DNA from: Squalus acanthias | Taxonomy: Eukaryota | Direction of reading: 5' to 3' | DNA length: 64,000 bases | Assembly (NCBI GenBank): GCA_030390025.1 | Contig: CM059453.1 | Coordinates: 7,626,001 to 7,690,000 of the forward strand | Shown: in pieces, positions 12,123 through 25,700 of the stretch | How the letters are laid out: each line of letters starts with the position of its first letter | Position numbering within the stretch: position 1 is the stretch's first letter | The notes under the pieces: model-generated | The model's database searches: none | Told to the model about the DNA's origin: nothing | Seen by the model: the letters and a program-made list of their open reading frames with translations, nothing else | Program-made: the position numbers and the translations under genes

Positions 12123-12662
12123 TCGGCTGTCTTTCTGGTTTACTTCTATATTGTAAAATAATTGCCATTCCTCAAAAAAAGTTTTATTTTGAAATCAAAC
12201 AATTTATCATTTAGGGAAAGAAAGAGGAAAGGAGGATAGGAACGTGAGGGAAAGGAGCCCGGGGAAACAAGTTGCGAGAGAGGGAGCTCTGATTTTACCC
12301 ATGTGAAAAACTATTCCAGTGAACGGACGGTTAAGAAAGGAGCAAGTGGAAGTTGACAGATTTATGGGTAATTCTTGTAGTGTGGCGATTATAGAAAATT
12401 GAGGAAGTACTGGGAACTTACCTTGGTAGGCGATGTGATTGGAGTGAACAGATTGGGGAAGCATAAATGATTGGGTAACAGATGGGAAGGGAATTGTTGT
12501 CGCCGCATTTTCCTTGAATTTGTCAGGACAAATTCAAAATACAGGCTTTGGTGACTCCTTTCCGCAGCCGGACCATGCAATACCAATGACACTGAAAGGA
12601 CACAAGAAAGTTACGGAAATATAGAGAATCAGACGGGAGCGAGATAGAAGTGGAAAGAGTTA

Positions 12663-15600
12663 ATAATAAGAACATAAGAAATAGGAGCAGGAGTAGGCCA
12701 ATCGGCCCCTCGATCCTGCTCCGCCATTCAATAAGATCATGGCTGATCTGATCCTAACCTCAAATCTAAAGAACACAAGAAGTAGGAGCAGGACCCGGTC
12801 ACTCGGCCTCTGGGCCCGCTCCGCCACCCACAGGGCCTTGACCGATCCGAACACAGCCTCATGTCCAATTTCCTGCCCGCTCCCCGTAACCGATAATTCC
12901 CTTTACTTCTAGGAAACTGTCTATTTCTGTTTCAAATTTATTTAATGATGTAGCTTCCACAGCTTCCTGGGGTAGCAAATTCAACAGACCTACTACCCTC
13001 TGAATGAAGAAGTTTCTCTTCGTCACAGTTTTGAAAGAGCAGCCCCTTATTCTAAGATTATGCCCCCTAGTTCTAGTTACACCCATCCTTGGGAACATCC
13101 TTACCACATCCACCCGATCAAACCCCTTCACAATCTTATATGTTTCAATAAGATCGCCTCTCATTCTTCTGAACTCCAATGAGTAGAGTCCCAATCTACT
13201 CAACCCCTCCTCATATGTCCACCCCCTCATCCCCGGGATTAACCGAGTGAACCTTGTTTGTACTGCCTCGAGAGCAAGTATGGCTTTTCTTAAGTATGGA
13301 CACCAAAACTGTATGCAGTATTCCAGGTGCGGTCTCACCAATACCTTATATAACTGCAGCAATACATCCCTGTTTTTATAATCTATCCCCCTAGCATTAA
13401 AAGCCAACATTCCGTTGGCCTTCTTGATCACCTGCTGCACCTGCATACTAACGTTTTGATTTTCTTGCATTAGGACCCCCAGATCACTTTGTACTGCAGT
13501 ACTTTCCAGTTTCTCGCCATTAAGATAATAACTTGCTCTCTGATTTCTCCTGCCAAAGTGCATAACCTCACATTTTCCAATATTGTGTTGCATCTGCCAA
13601 ATCTCCACCCAATCACCCAGCCTGTCTATATCCCCTTGTAGGTTTTTTATGTCCTCCTCACTTTCTACTTTCCCTCCCATCTTTGTATGATCTGCAAACT
13701 TTGATATGTTACACTCGGTCCCCTCCTCCAATTCGTTAATATATATTGTAAAGATTTGGGGACCCAGCACCGACCCCTGCGGAACACCACTGTCTACTGG
13801 TTGCCAGTCCGAGAATGAACCATTTATCCCAACTCTCTGCTTCCTGTTAGATAACCAATCCTCCACCCATGCCAGAATATTACCCGCAATCCAGTGATTT
13901 TTTTATCTTGAGCAATAATCTTTTATGTGGCACCTCGTCGAATGCCTTCTGGAAGTCTAAATACACTACGTCCACTTGTTCCCCTTTAGCCACCCTGTAC
14001 GTTATGTCCTAAAAGAACTCAAGCAAATTTGTCAGACATGACTTCCCCTTCAGAAAGCCATGCTGACTTTGTCCTATTAAATTATGTTTAACTAAATGTT
14101 CCGTTACTGTCTCCTTAATAATAGACTCCAAAAATTTACCCACCACAGATGTTAGGCTAACTGGTCTATAATTTCCAGCCTTCTGCCTACTAACCTTTTT
14201 AAATAAGTGTGTTACATTAGCAGTTTCCCAATCTGCCGGGACCTTTGCTGAGTCCAGGGAATTTTGGAAAATTATTACCAAAGCATGCACAATCCCTTCT
14301 GCCACTTCCCTCAAGACCCTAGGATATAAGCCATCAGGTCCAGGGGATTTATCCGCCTTGAGTCCCATAATTTTACTGAGTACCAATTCCTTAGTGATTT
14401 TAATCGTATTTAGCTCCTCCCCCCCTAGAGCCCCCTGTTTGTCCAGTGTTGGGATATTCTTAGTGTCCTCTACCGTAAAGACTGAAACAATATATTTGTT
14501 CAGCATTTTTGCCATCTCCATGTTTCCCACCATTAATTTCCCGGTCTCATCCTCTAAGGGACCTACGTTTGCCTTAGCCACCCTTTTTCTTTTTATATAA
14601 TTATAGAAACTCTTGCTGTCTGTTTTTATATTTTTTTCTAATTTATTTTCAGAATCTATCTTCCCTTTCTTAATCAGTCCTTTAGTTACTTTTTGCTGTC
14701 TTTTGAAAACTTCACAATCTTCCATCCTCCCACTAAGTTTGGCTACCTTCATATGTCCTTGTTTTTAGTCGGATCCTATCCTTAATTTTTTTACTTCGCC
14801 ACGGATTGCTGTCATTTCTTTTACACCCTTTTTTCCTCAGTGGAATATATATTTTGTGAAATTTGTAAAGTAACTCCTTAAATGATCACCACTGCTCATG
14901 TACCGTCTTACCCTTTAATCTATTTTCCCGGTCCACTTTAATCAATTCCGCACTCATACCTTCATAATCTCCTTTACTCAAGCTCAGTACGCTCGTTTGA
15001 GAACCAACCTTCTCACCCTCTAATGAGATATGGAATTCAACCATGTTATGGCCACTCATTCCAAGGGGATCCTTAACTAGGATATTATTTATTAATCCTG
15101 ACTCATTACACAAGACCAGGTCCAAGGTTGATTGCCCCCTTGTAGGATCAGTTACATACTGCTCAAGAAATGCATCCCTAATACACTCAATAAAATCTTC
15201 CTCCAAGCTGCATTGCCCAATTTGATTTGTCCAGTTAATATGATAGTTAAAATCTCCCATAATTATAGCTGTTCCCTTATTACATGCCCCAACTATTTCC
15301 TGATTAATACTTCTTCCAGCAGAGTTGAAAATATTAGGAGGCCTATATACTACTCCCACTAGTGTTTTTTCCCCCTTATTATTCCTTATCTCCACTCAAA
15401 CTGTTTCATTATCCTGATCCTTTGACCCAATATCATTTATCTGTATTACAGTGATTCCTTCCTTTATTAACATAGCCAGCCCACCTCCCCTTCCTTCCTG
15501 CCTGTCCTTCCTGATTGTTAAATACCCTGGCATATTTAATTCCCAGTCGTTGTCACCCTGCAGCCATGTTTCTGTAATGGCCACAAGGTCATACCCATAC

Positions 15601-15808
15601 GTAGTTATTTGTGCCGTTAACTCGTCCATTTTGTCACGAATGCTACGTGCATTCAGATAAAGAACGTTCAAATATGGTTTCTGACACTTAGTTCCTGCTT
15701 TTTCCTTTTTTAACACTTTACATTTTACTCCATACCTTCTGTCCCTTACTGACATGCTTTCCTCTGTCTCCCTGCTCAGGTGCTCAACCCCCTGACAATT
15801 TAGTTTAC
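12663..15808 (-). mobile_element. CR1 LINE, complete ORF2 (APE endonuclease + RT), inactivated; 5'-truncated near the ORF1 stop
   Basis: ORF pieces 15396-15821 (YLNARS, ITETW), 14886-15395 (YRPP, GDFN), 14009-14752 (KSPGPDG, NYRPVSLTS), 12859-13866 (GVPQGSVLGP, FADH instead of FADD); 3' tail ttcttatgttcttat. Confidence 0.97.
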
Positions 15809-15929
15809 GGATGAGAAGCAAAAGAGATCAGAGAACGAGTAAACGAGAGAGTGAGTGTAGCGAAAGAGGAGATAGAGGAAGCAAAATCGCAATTTGAAGT
15901 CTTCAGAGAAACGTAATAGAGACCGAACT

Positions 15930-18900
15930 CTTTGACCTGGCCAGGGGAAGGCACCAGCAGCCAGGTTCATGGCACCATGGTTGGCTCTGCTGCACAGCAG
16001 GGCGGGAAAAAGAGTGGTAGAGCTATAGTGATAGGGGACTCAATTGTAAGGGGAATAGACAGGAGTTTCTGTGGCCGCAACCGAGATTCCAGGATGGTAT
16101 GTTACCTCCCTGGTGCAAGGGTCAAGGATGTCTCGGAGCGGCTGCAGAAAATTCTGGAAAGGAAGGGTGAAGAGCCAGCTGTCGTGCTGCATGTAGGTAC
16201 CAACGATATAGGTAAAATGCGGGAAGAGGTCCTACAAGCAGAATTTAGGGAGCTAGGAGCTAAATTGTAAAGTAGGACCTCAAAGGTAGTAATCTCTGGG
16301 TTGCTACCAGTGCCACGTGCTAATCAGAGTAGCATGAACAGGATAGCGAGATTAAATACGTGGCTTGAGCAGTGGTGCAGGAGGGATGGATTCAAATACC
16401 TGAGGCATTGGAACCAGTTCTGGGGGAAGTGGGACGTGTACAAAAGGGACGGTCTGCACTTGGGCAGGACTGGAACCGATGTCCTCGGGGTAATATTTGC
16501 TAAGGCAGTTCGGGAGGATTTAAACTAATATGGCAGGGGAATGGGAACCTATGTAGCGAAACAGGGGGAAGTAATATGCAGTCAGAAACAAATGTTAGAA
16601 GGGTGAGAAACAATAAGGGAAATCCGAGTAAACAAAGGCAAGAAACACAAAGGGCCATACTAAATCATAAGTCTAAAACGACAAAGGGTGTTATTAAAAC
16701 AAGCCTAAAGGCTCTGTGTCTTAATGCAAGGAGTATCCGTAATATGGTGGATGAATTGACTGTGCAAATTGATGTTAACGGATATGATGTGATTGGGATT
16801 ACAGAGACGTGGCTCCAGAACAATCAAGGCTGGGAACTGAATATGCAGGGGTATTCAACATTCAGCAAGGATAGAATAAAAGGGAAAGGGGGTGGGGTAG
16901 CATTGCTGGTTAAAAAGGAGATTAATGCAATATCTAGGAAGGACATTAGCTTGGAGGATGTGGAATCAATATGGGTTGAGCTGCAGAACACCAAAGGGCA
17001 GAAAACGTTAGTGGCGGTTGTGTACAGACCTCCAAACAGTAGTAGTGAGGTGGGGGAGGGTATGAAACAGGAAATCAGAGATGCATGCAAAAAAGGCGCA
17101 GCAGTTATCATGGGTGACTGTAATATGCATATAGATTGGGCTACTCAAACTGGAAGCAATACGGTGGAGGGGGATTTCCTGGAGTGTTTAAGAGATGGTT
17201 TCCTAAACCAATATGTTGAGGAACCAACTGGAGGGGAAGCCATCTAGGACTGGGTGTTGTGTAATGAGGAAGGAATAATCAGCAATCTTGTGGTGCGAGG
17301 CCCCTTGGGGATGAGTGACTATAGTATGGTGGAGTTGTACATTAGGATGGAGAAGGAAACAGTTAATTCAGAGACCATGGTCCAGAACTTAAATAAGGGC
17401 AACTTTGAGGGTATAAGGCGTGAATGGGCGAGGTTAGATTGGCAAGCGATATTTAAGGGGTTATCAGTGGAAGGGCAATGGCAGACATTTAGAGATCGCA
17501 TGGATCAACTACAGCAATTGTACATGCCTGTCTGGAGTAAAAATAAAAAAGGGAAGGTGGCTCAACCATGGCTATCAAGGGAAATCAGGGATAGTATTAA
17601 AAGCAAGGAAGTGGCGTACAAATTGGCCAGAAGTAGCAGCAAACCCGGGGACTGGGAGAACTTTAAAACTGAGCAGAGGAGGACGAAGGGTTTGATTAGG
17701 GCAGGGAAAATAAAGTATGAAAGGAAGCTTGTGGAGAACATTACAACGGACTGCAAAAGCTTCCATAAATATGTAAAAAAAAAGAGGTTAGTACAAACAA
17801 ACGTAGGTCCCCTGCATTCAGAAACAGGGGAAGTCATAATGGGGAACAAAGAAATGGCTGATCAATTGAACAAGTACTTTGGTTCGGTGTTTAAAGTGGA
17901 GGACACAAACAACCTTCCGGAAATAAAAGAGACCAAAGGATCTGGTAAGAGGGAGGAGCTGAGGGAAATCCTTATCAGTCGGGAAAAGGTGTTGGGGAAA
18001 TTGCTGGGACTGAAGGCTGATAAATCCCCAGGGCCTGATGGTCTGCATCCCAGAGTACTTAAGGAGGTGGCCTTGGAAATAGTGGATGCATTGACGATCA
18101 TTTTCCAACATTCCTTAGACTCTGGATCAGTTCCGAAGGAATGAAGGGTGGCTAATGTAACCCCTCTTTTTAAAAAAGGAGGGAGGGAGAAAGCAGTGAA
18201 TTATAGACCGGTCTGCCTGACATCGGTGGTGTGTAAAATGATGGAATCAATTATTAAAGATGTCATAACAGACCATTTGGAAAGTGGCGACATGATAGGT
18301 CCAAGTCAGCATGGATTTGTGAAAGGGAAATCATGCTTGACAAATCTTCTGGAATTTTTTGAGGATGTTTCCAATAGAGTGGACGGTGGGGGGGGAAACA
18401 GTAGATGTGGTGTATTTGGACTTTCAGAAGGCCTTCGATAGGGACCCACACAAGAGATTGGTGTGCAAAGTTAAAGCACATGGGATTGTGGGTAATGTGT
18501 TGACGTGGATTGAGAACTGGTTGCCACAAAGGAAACAAAGAGTAGGAGTAAATGGGTACTTTTCAGAATGGCAGGCAGTGACCAGCGGGGTACCGCAGGG
18601 TTCGGTGCTGGGGCCCCAGCTGTTTACATTATATATTAATGATTTGGACGAAGGGATTAATTGTAATATCTCCAAATTTGCGGATGACACTAAATTGGGA
18701 AGCAGTGTGAACAATGAGGAGGATGCTAGGAGGCTTCAGAGTGACTTGGACAGGTTGGGTGAATGGGCAAATGTATGGCAGATGAAGTACAATGTGGATA
18801 AATGTGAGATTATCCACTTTGGTGGAAAAATAGGGAGGCAGACTATTACCTGAATGGTGGCAGATTAGGGAAAGGGGAGGTGCAACGAGACCTGGGCGTC

Positions 18901-19607
18901 ATGGTACATCAGTCACTGAAGGTGGGAAGCCAAGTGCAGCAGACAGTCAAGAAAGCAAATGGCATGATGGCCTTCATAGCGAGGGGATTTGAGTACAGGA
19001 GTAGGGAGGTGATGCTACAGCTGTACAGGGCCTTGGTGAGGCCACACCTGGAGTATTGTGTGCAGTTTTGGTCTCCTAAATAGAGGAAGGACATTCTTGC
19101 TATTGAGGGAGTGCAACGAAGGTTCACTAGATTGATTCCTGGGATGGCCAGACTGACAGATCAAGAAAGATTGGATCAACTGAACTTGTATCCTCTGGAG
19201 TTCAGAAGAATGAGGTGGGATCTTATAGAGACGTTTAAAATCCTGACTGGTTTAGACAAATTAGATGCGGGCAGAATGTTTCCAATGTTAGGGAAAACTA
19301 AAACCAGGAGTCACAGTCTAAGGACAAAGGGGAAGCCATTTAAGACTGAGATGAGGAGGAACTTCTTCACCCAGAGAGTGGTGAATCTGTGGACTTCTCT
19401 ACCACAGAAGGTTGTTGAGGCCAGTTCGCTAAATATATTCAAAAGAGAGTTAGATATAATACTCACAACTAGGAGGATCAAGGGGTATGGCGAGAAAGCA
19501 GGAATGGGGTACTGAGGTAGCATGTTCTGCCATGAACGCATTAAATGGCGGTGCAGGCTCGAAGGACCGAATGGTCTACTCCTGCACCTATTTTCTATCT
19601 TTCTATG
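15930..19607 (+). mobile_element. CR1 LINE, near complete: SGNH/GDSL esterase part of ORF1 + ORF2 (APE + RT), several stops and frameshifts
   Basis: ORF1 blocks IGDSIVRG, LHVGTND, DGLHL (15932-16528). ORF2 CLNARS, ITETW, YRPP, GPDGLHP, GVPQGSVLGP, FADDTKL (16576-19515). Tail ctcctgcacctattttctatctttctatg. Confidence 0.97.
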
Positions 19608-19944
19608 CGTCGAGTGACTGGGAAGATCGAATAAGAAAATATTTCAAAAATGCATCTGATGCAATTACAATCAACATTTCCCACCATAACTTCCTGTCGG
19701 CTCATTTCTAATGGAACCTGTCTGTGTGAACTGATCAAACTGTAATTACACCCTCCCGAAATTTCACCTGGGTGCATGGCCAGCTGTGCGGGCGGAGCCT
19801 GATTGGAGCCAATTAAATCGTCCAAAAATGCAGAAAGTCACGTGTTGTTGTGAGTGAGCGGAAAACAGATTAACAGGACCTGAGATTTTTTTTTAGCACA
19901 GATGCACAATCAGGGCTCAAATCAAATACGTCTGAATAAATGAT

Positions 19945-21418
19945 GGGCTGGAAATACGCCTCCGACCCGCCAACCAATTACGAAATTACCTGCAGGAGCC
20001 AGGCTGCCAAAAGTTGCGGTCTCAGGCCTCGTGGCGGAGGGCAGCGTAATGGCCCACGGATCGCCAAGGGCAGAGGCGGTGCAGAAGCGTCCTTGGGAAT
20101 CACATGGGCCTGGTCCTCCAATGACAAACGAGGATTCCATTGCAGTCATTCACAAAGGGAATTCCCTAATGACATGCAGTGGAATCCCAAAAATGAAACT
20201 TACAGAATTAACAGAATTGGAATTTTATTCATAATTAGCTTCCTTCCACCAAACTCAATGGGCCAGAATTTATGGTGTCTTTGACGGCATACGCTCAGCC
20301 TATGCCCTCCTAATCCTTCAGTTTGGATCCCGCAAATTCCGGGTCTACAAATGTATTGCGCATGCGCGCAAACGCGGAACTTGCGATCTGTCAAGGTACG
20401 CGTGAACAGATCTAAAAAAACCGAAAGATAAATCACATTCGCTGGCGCACAGTTGAGCTATTTGCCCAATTACTGCCCAGCAATTGCCCACCAAACACTG
20501 ATGGTCGGGAAACGCAGGCGTAGGGCCTGCTTTCACTTGTGTAACGGTTAAAATAAATCTTGATTCAAAAATGTAAAAATAAAAAAAAGATACACAGACA
20601 CTTAAAATTTGTTTATGCAAATATTGGCCGGGCTTAAAAATTATACAATTATTTTTCAAAAAAATATTTATTTGTTTTGTTTGGTGTGATTGAGGGACTT
20701 TTAATTAAATTTGAAAAAAAATAACATTTATATTTATTAGAATTGTCTGAATTGTATAATTAATTGTGGATTGCGTTGCAAATCATTAGCGGATTCCCTT
20801 CGTAAGTGACGGCAATGGAATCCGCCATTCTCATTGGAGGATCCGGCCTTCTCGATCCCACAGACGTACCCGGACTGTCTGCGTCCCTGGGATCCAGGAT
20901 CCTTTAGCAGGCGTACGCCGCGTGGCCCAGGATCCGAATTCTCCGTAGCTGTGAAGCCAATGGGTAAGTTCAGAAATGTTTCGCAGGTGAGCGGTGTACT
21001 CCGGAAATACTCCTCCGACCCCAAATTCAGGGCCAATAAAAATATCTTTATTTGATAATAATTTCATACATCTTCAAAACTGGTATCGGGCCAGTATTTG
21101 CATAAACACATTTAATACAGTGTATGTGCATACAATTTGGATTTTCAAATGTTTTATTTGAGCCTTAGATATGTCCTTACACTGATGTACACAGACTCTT
21201 TGGGTGCATCAACCTTAAGACTTACATGAACAATTCCTGGGCAGTCGCTGGCCAAATAGCCGAAATCAGCGCCAGCGATTGCATCATCAGAGCCCCTGCG
21301 GATGGCCAGTCAATACTTAGGTTCACAGGTCGCAAGTACCAGAAATCTGGAATTACTGCACATCTCAAAGGGATTACGATGGCATACTCTACCATCTCAG
21401 ACAACGCAATTCCAGGGC
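19945..21418 (-). mobile_element. MITE copy (older subfamily), split by a nested insertion
   Basis: 19945-20200 and 21038-21418 are reverse-complement homologs of the 3' and 5' halves of 20260-21034. Confidence 0.65.
20260..21034 (+). mobile_element. MITE copy nested in a same-subfamily copy, AAT target-site duplication
   Basis: aat|GGGCCAGAATTT ... AAATTCAGGGCC|aat. Confidence 0.8.
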
Positions 21419-21489
21419 TGACAACTTAAAATTATTTGGATCTCTCGCCAGAACTCGTCTGTGCGCATAATTATGGATCTCTTTAAATT

Positions 21490-22223
21490 AGCACCAGATT
21501 TTTAGGCGCCGAATTTGGCGACCCCTACTGGTGCGTACGAGATGTGTACGCATCTGTAGGGGCATGCGAAGCGAATGCGCTAATACCCGGCACTTGCGAT
21601 CTGTCAAAAATCTTTTTGACAGATCCTCCACATCACCGGGAGATGGGCCCCATGCAGGTGGAAAGTTATGCTTTTTGCACAACTTACACCCGCTGAAAGG
21701 CCATAGAATTCTTACGCCCAGTGTAAGATTTTAAAATAACGTTAACAATATTTTTTTAATTATTTAAACATTAAAAAACCTTTGCAGTAATGTAAGGTTA
21801 ATTTAGCTGATTTAAAACATTTAGTTTTTATTTTCAAATAATGTAATTTTTGTTTAAAATATTTAATAAAATGGCAATTTAATTAATTTTTCATTTGTAA
21901 TGGTTTTTCTTTATTTCTTTCAGTGTGTTGGTGCATTTTTGTAGTCATCCCCATTCATACTTTTGACAGTTCTGTGCTGACAGAACACTCAAAAGGATGA
22001 AGGGGGATTCCTTTCTTCCATTGGTTAGCCCAGCCCACGTTATCGCAGGGGCGCTTGCGAAGCGCATGCGCCCATTGGGATACCTGGGTCTCTGCGCATT
22101 ATGAAGAGGAGAGGCCCAGGATCGCAAGCCTCGGTATCTACGGAACCATCAGGTAAGATGTTAGATATTTTTCCGATCGGAGGCATCCGCCCGCAGGAAG
22201 CCTCCGAACGGAAATGCAGGGCC
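21490..22223 (+). mobile_element. MITE copy (divergent subfamily)
   Basis: Same layout: GC-rich ends, AT core, cattgg..cccacg motif, end GAAATGCAGGGCC|att. Confidence 0.7.
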
Positions 22224-22603
22224 ATTGTCTCTGGTGTTTCATTGCAAGCTTTTTTGGTAACCTGGTCCCCGGTTGTGAGTGTTCATACTGTGGACCAATG
22301 GATTTCAATAGATTAACAGACAGATACGATCTTAGAAATAGTTTGTAAAATTGTTATTTTCAAAGAATATATGAAAAAATTTGAAAAGTTACATTAATGA
22401 AAAATTCACACTGTCAAACCTACTACAATGAACTCGAACTTGGGAACGTAAATCAAAACATGCGACCCATTTTCTGAACGCCCAACATTCTCATAGTCCT
22501 TGTTGCAATGCAAAGGTGTTTGATTTACTTTATGTTATCAGGTGTTTTAAAGTATTGTCAGTCTCAATACCAACCGCGCTGACAGTATAACTCCTGTTAA
22601 CTT

Positions 22604-22771
22604 TCAGTTCGGTTTAATTGCTGCATATTCGCAGGTCTCCTCATTTTGAATATATTGATGATGTTTGCGGAAGTTGGAGACATTGACGGTCGCGTACGCA
22701 ATCTCGTCAGTCTGAGCTGTTTTAGTCGATTGTGCGGCACCACGACCAGCCTCTGTACATTGATGGTCCCT
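22604..22771 (-). CDS. Gene B terminal exon (ITIM IAYATV, ITSM-like TCEYAAI)
   Basis: gttacag|AGG; RDHQCTEAGRGAAQSTKTAQTDEIAYATVNVSNFRKHHQYIQNEETCEYAAIKPN*. Confidence 0.9.
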   Translation of the reverse strand, partial: RDHQCTEAGRGAAQSTKTAQTDEIAYATVNVSNFRKHHQYIQNEETCEYAAIKPN

Positions 22772-25700
22772 CTGTAACGGAAGGTATTTGTGTTAGATGT
22801 GGAGTTATTGCAGATATGGATCAGAATGCGATGGGAGTGTGCTGTCTGCAACAGAACAAACCTCACTATTTTATCACTGGTAAGTTTTCTAATGGTACTG
22901 ATCCATGAAATGAGCGTTGTTAAGTCTTGATGCAAGAAATAAAGAATGTGGAAATTGTATTTTCGAACGAGTAGATAAGGCTGGGGTGTGCCACTAAATT
23001 GGGAACATCTTTCAAACAGCCAGCACAGGTACTACGGGACAAAATGTCGCTTTCTGTGCTGTAAAAATCTATGATTCTAGGCTTCTAAATAGCATACTTG
23101 ATCCGGGTTTTTATAAATTGAGGTACAGATTATGAAAACAAGGAAGATACGCTGAATCTTTACACATCAGTGGTTATGCCTCGGCTGGAGTATTGTGTCC
23201 AATTCTTGCATAACACTGTCAAAAGGATGTCAATGCATTAGAGAGCGTACAGAGCAAATTTACTATAATTATAGGAGAAATGAGGGAATGTACTTAAACG
23301 GAGAGTCCAGGGAACCTGGAGTTGTTCTCCTTAGTGTAAAGAATGATAAAGCGAGATCAGATATTGGTGATCAAAATTCTGCAGAATTTTGTTACAGTAA
23401 ATAAGGACAGATTGTTTACACTGGCAGGAGCTTCGCTAACCAGATAACACAGATTGAAGATATTTGGGTCAAGAAAAAAATTAGAGGTGAGAAGGTTTTT
23501 TTTAACTCAGCGGGTTGTTGTGATCTGGAATGCACTTATGAAAGGGCGGTGGAAACAGATTCAGTAGTGACTTTCAAAGGGGAAATTGATATATGCGTGA
23601 ATATGAAAAAAAAAAATCAGGGCTAAGGGCAAAAAGGAGTGTAGTGTGACTAATTGTTTAGCTGTTTCAAACAGCCAGCACAGGCACCGTGGGCTGAATG
23701 GCCTCCTTCTGGGCTGTATGTTTCTGTGATTATTAAGACCCAAGCGCTGATATGCAATAATGACTTTTGAATTCCTGCTGCTATTATAGGAAAAATGCAG
23801 CAACCAGTTAATTGGATGAATAGCAAATTAATCTGTTTTAGCTGGTGTTCATTGAGGGAGAAATGTTAGAAAGGGCACTGGGAAAACTCTCATCCGTCCC
23901 CTCAGTAGGACCATATGATCGTTTCCCTCCATAGGAGGAAACAAACGTGGCCTTGTTTAACATCTAATCGAAAGGACGGGTCTTCCGGCAATGCTGCACA
24001 CCTTCAGTGTTGAAGTGAAGTATCAGCCCAGATTATAGGTTCAAATGCTGGGGCGAAGCCTGAAGCCAGAATCTTCTTACCCAAAGTTTTGGACCATGGA
24101 GACCACATCGGCAGCAAGATGCAATTCGGAAGTTGCAAATAAACTTGAGGAATGGCAACGATTATCCCCTCTGGGGTCGCTGACATTTTGTGAACTTGTT
24201 GGGCATTTAGCAGATGAGACCTAATTGGTAGGGGGGTAAGATGACATTGGCAAGGCATTCTTATATTGAGAATTTGTTTTTTCAAGGAACGCCAAGGTGA
24301 GAAATACTCCCTAATTGGATTTAGTAGGTCACTACACGTAGAGTCTGTAGCTATGTTGCACTCTTAGTGACGTGAGGCGGTTAATCCTACCTTAATGGTC
24401 AACAAGTTTCTGATACATCAGTTTATCTGTTGGGTATTGCACGTTATGAGTCATTGCTGTTTGAAAGCACACCAAACATCCTTCAATTGTCAGCCCAGCT
24501 TGGCATCACTTACGTCAGCCTTTAGTGCGTACTGCACCCGACTGTAAATCACCAAATCATCGTGTGCTTCGGAGACACGTGCAGCTGCTCCGTGTTTCTT
24601 CCTGAATAGTAACAAATGCAAACGAGGCACTGCTCTTAATTAACTGGAATGTTTAATGAAAGCACACTGCGCCTGCGCGATGAAGGACGTCAGTAGGTCA
24701 GGAAAGACTTAAGAACATAAGAAATAAGAAATAGGAGCAGGAGTAGGCCATACGGCCCCTCGAGACTTTTCCGCCATTCAATAAGGTCATGGCTGAACTT
24801 CGACCGCAACTTCACTTTCCCGTCGGACCTCCATATCCCTTGATTCCCATTGAGTCCAAAAATCTATCTATCTCAGCCATGAATATACTCAAAGACTGAG
24901 CATCCACAGCCCTCTGGGGCAGAGAATTTCAAAGATTCACAACCCTCTGAGCGAAGAATTTCCTCCTCATCTCGGTCTTAAATGGCTTACCCCTTATCCT
25001 GGGACTATGCCCCCTATTTCTAGACAAACCAGACGGGAGAAACAACCTGTCAGCGTCTAGCCTCTCAAACCCCTTCAGAATCTTGTATGTTTCAAAGAGA
25101 TCCCCTCTGATTCTTCTAAACTCCAGCGAGTATAGGCCCATTCTTCACAAGCTCTCATCATAGGACAGCCCTCTCATCCCAGGAATCAACCTAGTGAACA
25201 TTCGTTGCACCGCCTCCATGGCAAGTATATTCTTCCTTAGATAAGGAGAACTAAACTTTCCACAGTACTGCAGGTGTAGTCTCACCAAGGCCCTGTAGAA
25301 TTTTAGCAAGACTTCCTTACTCTTATACTCCAACCCCCTTGCAATAAAGGCCAACATACCATTGCCTTCCTTATTGCTTGCTGTACCTGTATGCTAGCTT
25401 TCTGTGTTTCTTGAACGAGGACAGCCAAATCTGTCTGAATACCAACATTTGAAAGTTTCTCACCATTTAAAAAATATTCTCTTTGCTATTCACCATACGA
25501 AAGTGAATAACATCATATTTCCCGACATTATTCTACATCTGCCACTTTACAGCCCACTCACTGTGGGCCAGAAATTCGGGTCTCCACGTGTGAGTAGGCG
25601 CTGTGTACTCACCCGCAGACCCAACGAAAGTGCCGGTTTCGCGCATGAACTGCACATGCGCTGGAAACCAGAACTTCCTTCCCTTGAAGGAAGGGGTTCG

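Noticed and set aside
12663-19607. Single twin-primed inverted LINE or an active element
   Set aside because: Both halves carry their own EN, RT and tail; both have stops and frameshifts, and the left has FADH for FADD.
22597-22935. ORF-track 112-aa ORF as gene B's last exon
   Set aside because: Wrong frame; the ITIM/ITSM frame starts at the 22771 acceptor and ends at 22604.
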